From IMG/VR virus record IMGVR_UViG_3300020159_001814, positions 13,793 through 77,792 of that record: a stretch of 64,000 nucleotides of DNA; one strand, given 5' to 3'. The position numbers and the translations under genes were made by a program. The notes under the pieces were generated by a model. It was not told the DNA's origin and did no database searches. It saw only the letters and a list, made by a program, of their open reading frames with translations. Positions 57,090-64,000 of the stretch are shown here, piece after piece (position 1 is the stretch's first letter; each line of letters starts with the position of its first letter). The stretch comes from a virus.

Positions 57090-58295
57090 CTATTTTTTTG
57101 CAAATAATGAAGAACACGCATCAAATGTTGCAACATTTACTGAAACATTTTTTTCATCAGGAGTTGACAGTTGAACTCCATCGATTAACGATCCTTGTCC
57201 CGCCCCAACTGATTTAATTTCTGTTTGTGTTAGACTTTTAGAACTAAATTTTATATCACCAACCCATGCATGGCAAAATTGTTTTTCGGTGTAACCCCTT
57301 TCTATTTTACCTTTATCGTCAGTACCCCATGGTGTTCCTCCGTGGTCTATACACTTAGCGCTTACTAATAATTTACCATCATATTTATTCCAAACCCCGT
57401 TGTTTAAAAATTCTTTATTAATACCATCCGCAGTAATGTCAAAATAGTTGTATCTCAATCTACCTTCTGCCCTATCTGCAGCAAACTCATTACCAGCTAT
57501 GTTGTTTAAACTAGCCCATGGTTTCGTACTTCTATTATACAATAAAACACCATTAGCGTATATTTCATAGACAGCCTTATTACAATTATGTTTTATGTTA
57601 CCTGGTTTATCTTGTTCAAAATGTACTTCTATGGTTGCTGATTCAAAACATTTAATAATATCGGTTGACGGTCTTTCAGTTCCACATAAATCGACGGTCA
57701 TTTTTACTATTTGACCCGCATTAAATTTTTTAGAATCGATGGCCGGCTGATTTGTTTTATCAGTAGCACCATTAGTGTCTATAACGTATTGTTCAAATGT
57801 GGGTACGACACCCTTAGGTATTTGTATATTATTATTAGGTAGTAATGTTTGTAGTTCTGCCCAAACATTTTTTGCTCTATCTTCGGCTAATTTTAGGTTT
57901 GCACTAAAATCCCCTGTGTATTTTTTTGGGTCTTCAGCATATTCTTTAGGGTTATATTGATTATCCATAGTAGGTCTAACAACTTTTCCACCATAACGAT
58001 TACTAGCACCCCCCATTAATTTTATTTCACCAACATAAAGTTTACCATCATCATAAGCTTTTTTAAGTAATTCATTTTTACCTATTTGTTCATTTAATTT
58101 TGTGATAAAATTTTTAATGTTGTCAGGATTTTCAGTAACCATAACATCAAAACTACCGATAACTTCAACAGATATACAATCTGTTTTTGTTTGTGTGTTA
58201 TCTGGTTTTTCGTTTTGTTCTATTATTAAACCTTTATTTGAATACAGAGATCTGATTTGTTTTTTTTCGTTTTCAGTTAATATAAACCCTTTCAT
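57090..58295 (-). CDS. Hypothetical protein, possibly virion-packaged
   Basis: Start moved to ATG at 58295 (MKGFILTENEKKQIRSLY...IIEQ) downstream of TATTTAT; contains ASN...NLKLAEDRA reminiscent of OmpA-like C-terminal domains. Confidence 0.65.
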   Translation of the reverse strand: MKGFILTENEKKQIRSLYSNKGLIIEQNEKPDNTQTKTDCISVEVIGSFDVMVTENPDNIKNFITKLNEQIGKNELLKKAYDDGKLYVGEIKLMGGASNRYGGKVVRPTMDNQYNPKEYAEDPKKYTGDFSANLKLAEDRAKNVWAELQTLLPNNNIQIPKGVVPTFEQYVIDTNGATDKTNQPAIDSKKFNAGQIVKMTVDLCGTERPSTDIIKCFESATIEVHFEQDKPGNIKHNCNKAVYEIYANGVLLYNRSTKPWASLNNIAGNEFAADRAEGRLRYNYFDITADGINKEFLNNGVWNKYDGKLLVSAKCIDHGGTPWGTDDKGKIERGYTEKQFCHAWVGDIKFSSKSLTQTEIKSVGAGQGSLIDGVQLSTPDEKNVSVNVATFDACSSLFAKK

Positions 58296-58330
58296 AAAAT
58301 ATATTTTTTTAATAAATATATTATAAAACA

Positions 58331-58356
58331 AAAAATCCCAACTTAAAGTCGGGATT
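58331..58356 (-). terminator. Intrinsic terminator
   Basis: AATCCCGAC-tttaa-GTTGGGATT followed by T-run, overlapping the 58343 stop. Confidence 0.7.
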
Positions 58357-58567
58357 CTTGTAATTTATTATTTCCTCTTTCATGTCTTGGTTCATATGGG
58401 CAATGTAAACAACCATTACCACAACACTTACCACGTTTCATATGGTATTCTTCTGTCATAACCATTCTACCTTGATTATCGTAATAGAAATCATTTTGTT
58501 GTAGTTTGGGTCCAAACTCCCTAACATATAATTGTTGTACCCAATCCTTAGATGCACCTATATTCAT
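58343..58567 (-). CDS. Cys-rich DUF5522-like protein
   Basis: DFYY...GRMVMTEEYHMKRGKCCGNGCLHCPY. Confidence 0.75.
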   Translation of the reverse strand: MNIGASKDWVQQLYVREFGPKLQQNDFYYDNQGRMVMTEEYHMKRGKCCGNGCLHCPYEPRHERGNNKLQESRL

Positions 58568-58652
58568 TTTAGTTTGTTTTTCTTTGGTTATAGAACGCTA
58601 ACAAAACTTGGTATGTTAGCGTTATATTGTTTCCCCATTGTACTTTCATGAC

Positions 58653-60512
58653 TTAAACAATTTCACATGCCCCACCAGCACACGCAGCTTCTCCTCGTAG
58701 GTCGGTGTTATCTTGTAACTCAATTACTTTTGTAAGATCAACATCTGATAATGTTTTAACTAATCTTTCAAAATCTTCTTTTGTACAATCTTCAAAAGGT
58801 GCTTGTGTGTAAGTTCCTCCGTTATAAGGTAGTACTGACAAACCGTTGTAGAAATCTCTGTTATTCCACATCCATTCACCTACCAAGTCCCACTCATCTT
58901 CTTTAATTGAAACTGTCGCAGATACGTTGTGAGTGTTTTGTCCGTTTCTATGTCCTGGTTTAATCCATTCTTGTGATACTTTCTTAACACGTTCCAACAT
59001 TTGGAATACAGATTCGTGTCTAATGATAGACCCTTCAGGTGATTTTTGTGGAATAGTGATTACCGCAGTATCGTGAGGACGGAAAAACTCATCTTCAATA
59101 AGTTCAGGATGGTTAATTGCCAAGTATGAATAGATTGATTCATTTTTACCAACACGGATTCTTCTTAAATAGAAGTCATTATGCCAAGCGTGAATTCCTG
59201 ATGATGTTCCCAATACCAATGATGAGGTACCTGATGGTTTAACTGTTGTTGTTCTTGCGGATTTGTTAATTCCAATAAGTCCAGCAACTCTTTCGTTTTC
59301 TTCTTTAACCATTTTAGCGGCTCTTTTCATATCATAACCCAATACAACACCTGAACCAATACCTGTCATACCTACACCGATAAGTGCGTCTTTTTCAGTG
59401 GTTCTTTTCCAAATATCTCTTAAATAATGGAAGTCTGTGTATCCTGCTTGTAGTGTACCAATGAATGATGCAGCCCTAACCCTTGCGTCAAAGTCTTCTT
59501 GTGATTCAATATCTGAAGCGTTAACCTCACACAAGTTACAGAATTGGAACGGACGAAGTGCGATTTCACAACAAGGGTTTGTTCCCCAATCCTTATCGTT
59601 AGATAAGTAGATTCCAGGTTCACCTGCTCCTGACAACTCAATACGTTTCCACAAATCCATAAAGAATTCTTTTGTGATTTTGTGACGAAGAAGTACTGCC
59701 GAGTTATTAGCTCTACCTCTTTGTGCGTTTTGTTCCCACCAACTACCTGATTTACAAGAAATCATTTCTTCATCATCAGCTGAGAATAATGAGATAAGTG
59801 CAGCTCGTCTGATACCACCTGCAAGTACTGCGTCAGCAATATGACATACGATATCGTGAGTTTCAATAGGTGTTAATTTTTCACCATCTTTTTTGTTATC
59901 CAATACTTTTGTAATGTTGTGGATACAATCTTTTAATGGTTGAGGTCCCGGAGCCTTTCCTCCTGATGTCACAAGCATCGCACCTTTGTGTCTGATATCT
60001 GAAAAGTCAAATACGGGTGTTGATGACTTGTATCCCAAGTATGATTCCATCAATACTTTAATTGCGTCTGCCCATCCTTCAATAGAATCACCAATAAGGT
60101 AACGTCTTGTTCTTTCAGGGTTTGGTTTTTTAATATCTGGTAATTTTTCAACGTGGTGTTTTTGAACTGAGTAACCAACTCCTGTTCCACCTAAAAGTAA
60201 AAACATTGTTTCAGAAAACGAGTCAACGTGATCGATTGGCATATATGCACAATTATAAACTCTGTTTGGTGATATCTCAATTGGTTTTCCACCGAATTGT
60301 AAAGACCTCATTGATGGTAATACTTTCTTGTCGTATACCATTTTATATACCTCCTCGATTTCATCTTTGATGTGGGGGTACTTTCGTTGGTGCATTTCTT
60401 TGTTACGAGTCACCAGCTCTTCCCAAGTCTCTCTCCGATTCTTTTCCGGTTGAAACTTAGCGTATTTCATAAAGACAGTAATGTCACTTAATATTTTTTG
60501 CGAAATATCCAT
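58653..60512 (-). CDS. nrdJ: Class II (adenosylcobalamin-dependent) ribonucleotide reductase
   Basis: PSMRSL, GTGVG, GGIRRAA, TNPCCEI, CNL, VKPSGT, C-terminal CAGGAC. Confidence 0.92.
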   Translation of the reverse strand: MDISQKILSDITVFMKYAKFQPEKNRRETWEELVTRNKEMHQRKYPHIKDEIEEVYKMVYDKKVLPSMRSLQFGGKPIEISPNRVYNCAYMPIDHVDSFSETMFLLLGGTGVGYSVQKHHVEKLPDIKKPNPERTRRYLIGDSIEGWADAIKVLMESYLGYKSSTPVFDFSDIRHKGAMLVTSGGKAPGPQPLKDCIHNITKVLDNKKDGEKLTPIETHDIVCHIADAVLAGGIRRAALISLFSADDEEMISCKSGSWWEQNAQRGRANNSAVLLRHKITKEFFMDLWKRIELSGAGEPGIYLSNDKDWGTNPCCEIALRPFQFCNLCEVNASDIESQEDFDARVRAASFIGTLQAGYTDFHYLRDIWKRTTEKDALIGVGMTGIGSGVVLGYDMKRAAKMVKEENERVAGLIGINKSARTTTVKPSGTSSLVLGTSSGIHAWHNDFYLRRIRVGKNESIYSYLAINHPELIEDEFFRPHDTAVITIPQKSPEGSIIRHESVFQMLERVKKVSQEWIKPGHRNGQNTHNVSATVSIKEDEWDLVGEWMWNNRDFYNGLSVLPYNGGTYTQAPFEDCTKEDFERLVKTLSDVDLTKVIELQDNTDLRGEAACAGGACEIV

Positions 60513-60536
60513 TTTAATTCAAATTTAATAATTTAT

Positions 60537-61919
60537 TTAAGATTCTCCTTGTTCTTTTAACCTTTTTTTCTCTAACAGTTCTTTAATTCTGTTACGATTT
60601 TTTTCTTCTTTTTGTTCTTCGTGTCCTAAGAATGTGACACTTTGTTCGGTATCGATTTCTAACATACCATTATCGAATTTACAGTTTTCAAATATAATCC
60701 CGTCTTTACCTATTCTTGATTTAGTAATTGCTATTGTTGCTAAATTCATTTCTTTTTGTTGTAAGCTTTTAGCAACAGTAATAATTACGTGACCAACTTG
60801 TGCCTTTTTAATAGAACCACCCATTTGGTCCGTTGTTACAACTTCTGAAGATATAGAATTTCTATTACCTTGTGTTGCCGTCCATCCTGCAATATCCAAT
60901 TCATGACACATTGCTTCAAACCCTCGCATAACAGAGCCTTCACTTTTCCATTCATCACTTAATACTTTGTCAGGTACAACACAATCGATATAATCTAATA
61001 TTATCATATCAACTTTAATACCTTCAGCCATCATTTTCCTTACTTGATTTTTGATTTGATTCATTGACACAGTATCTGATGCCAATTTTTTCATAATCAA
61101 TTTATTTTTTCTTGATGTTTGGATTTGTTTTACTTTTTCTACCACTTCTTCCTTATTCTCAGATAGGTCATCAGGGTGTATACCGGTCCAAAGTGTAAAG
61201 TGTTTTCTTTGGATGATTTTTGGGTTGTCTTCAAAAAATATTTGAAGGACGTTATAACCTAGGTTAAATGCATGGTTTGCAATTTTAGTAGTAAATGTTG
61301 ATTTACCAACACCGGTAGGGGCCAAAATAACGCCAATTTCACCTTTGGCTAATCCTCCTTTTAATAAATTATCAATACCGGGGACCCCAATAGGAATTGG
61401 GTGTCTGTAATCATCATCTAAAACCTCATCAAGGTTAAAGAACACATCAGTAGTCCCTTTATCTACTTCACCAACTTGAAGTGCTCCACGTACCATTTCT
61501 TCTAACTTATCATAACTTTCAAAATCACCTTTATCGATGATTGATTGAGCTTTAGTCATTACTTTTTGGAGTTCTTGTTGTTTACAGAATTTAAGGGATT
61601 TTTCTTGTACGAATATTGAACCTTCGTCTGAAACATTCTTAACTTGCTCTAAAGTGTCTAAAACACTTTTTTGAGCCATAGGTGATGTTATTTCGGACTT
61701 TGTTAATTGTTCAATTGTGTCAAACGTAGGTGTATGTTCATATTTTGAATAATATTCTTTAATCATTTGACAAATAATTTTAAAATATTGATTATCAAAA
61801 TAATGAGGATCAATAACTTCAATAATGGAATTTGAGAAATCTTTATACGTTATAATGTTATTTAAAAGTTGTATTTGAAAGGTGTTCCCTAAGTATCCGA
61901 AGTTTTTTTTGTCTGACAT
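60537..61919 (-). CDS. Replicative DNA helicase (DnaB/T4 gp41-like)
   Basis: APTGVGKS Walker A, IILDYID, TATQGNR, KSRIG. Confidence 0.9.
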   Translation of the reverse strand: MSDKKNFGYLGNTFQIQLLNNIITYKDFSNSIIEVIDPHYFDNQYFKIICQMIKEYYSKYEHTPTFDTIEQLTKSEITSPMAQKSVLDTLEQVKNVSDEGSIFVQEKSLKFCKQQELQKVMTKAQSIIDKGDFESYDKLEEMVRGALQVGEVDKGTTDVFFNLDEVLDDDYRHPIPIGVPGIDNLLKGGLAKGEIGVILAPTGVGKSTFTTKIANHAFNLGYNVLQIFFEDNPKIIQRKHFTLWTGIHPDDLSENKEEVVEKVKQIQTSRKNKLIMKKLASDTVSMNQIKNQVRKMMAEGIKVDMIILDYIDCVVPDKVLSDEWKSEGSVMRGFEAMCHELDIAGWTATQGNRNSISSEVVTTDQMGGSIKKAQVGHVIITVAKSLQQKEMNLATIAITKSRIGKDGIIFENCKFDNGMLEIDTEQSVTFLGHEEQKEEKNRNRIKELLEKKRLKEQGES

Positions 61920-61958
61920 ATTTTATAAGATTTTTGTTCTGTGTTTTAATAAATATAA

Positions 61959-62411
61959 TTAAACCAATGAATAATTCATCATCTTATAAGATAAATTTTT
62001 CTCTGATAAAATGTCAGTTAATTCTCTTAAAATGTTTTTTATGGATGGGCGTATGTCCAGGGTATATCTTACCTTTGGTGGGTACACTTTCGCATCTATT
62101 ATTCTATGACAAATTGTCTCATTTCCGACCTTTAAAATAATATTAAATGTTTCAGGTCCGTCTGTGTTTGATGTTTCTAATATGGTTGCATCTTCTTCAA
62201 TTTGGAATCTATTTTCCAACATGTAAACCACACTTTTGTTTCTTAATTTTGTTTGTAGTTCAGATGCTAAACTTCTAATGTAATCATATAACTCAGTACT
62301 ACTTTTAGCCTTTTCGTTATATCCTTTAACATTAAAGAATCTTTGTACCACAAAATTGTTGTTAAGTGTCATTAAGAATTCAACCTTTGTTACATCATTC
62401 TGCTCTTTCAT
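61959..62411 (-). CDS. Hypothetical protein
   Basis: 150-aa ORF in replication cluster. Confidence 0.7.
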   Translation of the reverse strand: MKEQNDVTKVEFLMTLNNNFVVQRFFNVKGYNEKAKSSTELYDYIRSLASELQTKLRNKSVVYMLENRFQIEEDATILETSNTDGPETFNIILKVGNETICHRIIDAKVYPPKVRYTLDIRPSIKNILRELTDILSEKNLSYKMMNYSLV

Positions 62412-62415
62412 AATT

Positions 62416-63423
62416 TTACTTTTTTGTTTTAAAATTGTTTTTTTCTTTTCTTGTTAGTTTTAAGAATGGTTTTAAAAAATAAACCCATGCTTCATCGTTT
62501 TTTGGAAGATATTTAAAAAGTCCATCTTCCATCATCATTCGAATTAAGTTTTTATATCCCCTTCCGTCAGGATCCAATGACTCGGAGTAATATGATTCAA
62601 CCAATTCTTTTCCTTCATCACTTATTAATGGTTCTGATAAATCTACTATCTTTTTATTAATTTCAAAAAACTCATCCCCAAAGATACCTTCTTTTGTTTT
62701 ACCCGTCAGTAAATTTTTAAGAACGGTATTATCTTTTTGTTCTTTTAAAAGTTCTTCCCCTTTTGTTAAAATATCGGTAAAAGAAACTTCTGTTTCAAGT
62801 AGCTCAGGAAATAATTTAATAAATGTTTTTTCACCTAAGTAATATATACCATCAATATTATCGGATTTGTCACCAGAAAGTATCTTAAATGTTTTTACAT
62901 TATAGTGAGGTATTTCAATATCGTGTAATTTGATATTATCACCCTTCTTATAATACTTCTTGGTGTTAGGTGAGTAGATGGTCACGTCATCAGTTATAAG
63001 TTGTGTAAGGTCCCTATCACCACTAAAAATGGTTTTATTTTCACCTTTAGATATTTGGCAATAGTATGCAATTAAATCGTCAGCTTCTGAGTTTGGAAAC
63101 TCGATTTGCCTTACAAACATTTCTTCAAGATATTCTTTTACCCTATGTTTTTGTTTGTTAAACGATTCTTCCTTTAATTCGTTTTCGGGGGCTTTTCGGT
63201 TAAGTTTGTATTTTGGGTAGATTAACCTTCTTTGTGAAGTGCTTGTTTCTCCATCCCAAAATACAACAACCTTAGTGAAGTTTTCTTCGTCTATGAACCT
63301 ACGTAATGTGTTTAGAAAGTGCCAAAGACCCCCAATGTGTTCACCTTTGTTAAAATAATCTTTAACTCCGTGAAATCCAATTTTTAAAAGGTTGTTTCCG
63401 TCAACCAATAACGTCTTTGTCAT
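62416..63423 (-). CDS. 5'-3' exonuclease/flap endonuclease (T4 RNase H/PolA N-terminal-like)
   Basis: LLVDGNN, VFWDG, YKLNR, EADDLIA, SGDRDLTQL, GDKSDNIDGI. Confidence 0.92.
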   Translation of the reverse strand: MTKTLLVDGNNLLKIGFHGVKDYFNKGEHIGGLWHFLNTLRRFIDEENFTKVVVFWDGETSTSQRRLIYPKYKLNRKAPENELKEESFNKQKHRVKEYLEEMFVRQIEFPNSEADDLIAYYCQISKGENKTIFSGDRDLTQLITDDVTIYSPNTKKYYKKGDNIKLHDIEIPHYNVKTFKILSGDKSDNIDGIYYLGEKTFIKLFPELLETEVSFTDILTKGEELLKEQKDNTVLKNLLTGKTKEGIFGDEFFEINKKIVDLSEPLISDEGKELVESYYSESLDPDGRGYKNLIRMMMEDGLFKYLPKNDEAWVYFLKPFLKLTRKEKNNFKTKK

Positions 63424-63444
63424 TTCTGTATTATTACAGGGTTC

Positions 63445-64000
63445 TTACTCAACTTCTTCTTTTTCTGCCTTTAAATCAAAGTCACCATCAACTCCGATGA
63501 TTTCTTTCCAATACTCAGCATGATCTTTTTTGTATTGTTCAATAGATGTTTTTTCTTCGGACGCTTCTTTACCAGGCAAAAATCCGTGTGGTGTTACTAT
63601 AATTTTTCCATCTTCAAATCCAAGTCCGTTGATATGGTTTTTCATTACGGATACTTTAGTTCTTGATGCAAATTTAACTGTTCGTTTGTCTTTTGTTGCG
63701 GTAATTTTTGTTGTTCCTGCACCTTTTTGATTTCCAAATAAGAAAACCAAAGATGAATTTAACCAAATCGCTTCACCACCTTTTGCTTTAATTTTTGGTT
63801 GTCCAAATGGGTTATCGGGTAATTCAACCCAAGGTTGGTTAACAATGATTAGTGTGTTCTCAAATTTAGAATCTGATTTACGGGAACCTGAAATACGTTG
63901 GTTGATTCCCATTCCAATCTTGTCGGCTAAAACACTTGCATTGTGTTGTTTACCACCTTTACCTTCATATGTCATCTTACAAGGAACTGAACCAACAGAA
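63445..64000 (-). CDS. RecA/UvsX-like recombinase, 5'-truncated by the window edge
   Basis: Frame open to the edge (SVGSVPCKMTY...); IIVNQ, KAKGGEA, KVSVMKNH. Confidence 0.75.
   Translation of the reverse strand, partial: SVGSVPCKMTYEGKGGKQHNASVLADKIGMGINQRISGSRKSDSKFENTLIIVNQPWVELPDNPFGQPKIKAKGGEAIWLNSSLVFLFGNQKGAGTTKITATKDKRTVKFASRTKVSVMKNHINGLGFEDGKIIVTPHGFLPGKEASEEKTSIEQYKKDHAEYWKEIIGVDGDFDLKAEKEEVE

Noticed and set aside
58653-61919. Introns or inteins in RNR or helicase
   Set aside because: Both are continuous, normal-length ORFs with no intein or homing-endonuclease motifs
2646-61955. Plus-strand TATAAATA as T4-type late promoters
   Set aside because: In that orientation they point away from the adjacent gene starts; reinterpreted as TATTTAT on the coding strand
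1-64000. Stop-codon reassignment
   Set aside because: Standard-code ORFs tile the window densely, conserved enzymes are intact, and TAG/TGA act as normal stops

Overview
This is a 64-kb, AT-rich, densely coded segment of a large tailed (myovirus-like/jumbo) bacteriophage. Almost all genes lie on the minus strand and read in the standard code. The host is probably Bacteroidota: TAnnTTTG promoters precede early genes, signal peptides are followed by Gln, and the phage carries a Bacteroidota-type RpoD-like sigma factor, an Hc1 histone-like protein and SprB-like repeats. In transcription order (right to left) the modules are: (1) replication, with partial RecA/UvsX, a 5'-3' exonuclease, a DnaB/gp41 helicase and class II RNR; (2) a ~30-kb baseplate/tail/appendage module with gp25-like, gp6/J-like, SprB, collagen-like, LRR and Pro-Thr-rich proteins, and two glycosyltransferases embedded in it; (3) RuvC-like resolvase, primase, a PD-(D/E)xK nuclease and SbcD/SbcC; (4) a methyltransferase plus putative restriction endonuclease; (5) a sigma factor; (6) a possible lysis/membrane cassette, putative head-packaged proteins, DnaJ and Dam. 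The best candidates for undescribed biology are: a putative virion mucin-type O-glycosylation system (GT60-like and HtrL-like transferases flanked by Pro-Thr-repeat structural proteins); an unannotated ~135-nt ncRNA with its own promoter and terminator and two tandem pseudoknots, convergent on a putative BECR-fold RNase; and a recurrent TATTTAT promoter-like motif linked to genes with N-terminal 'hydrophobic-x-E' propeptide-like leaders. All family assignments come from motif recognition by eye; no searches were run.
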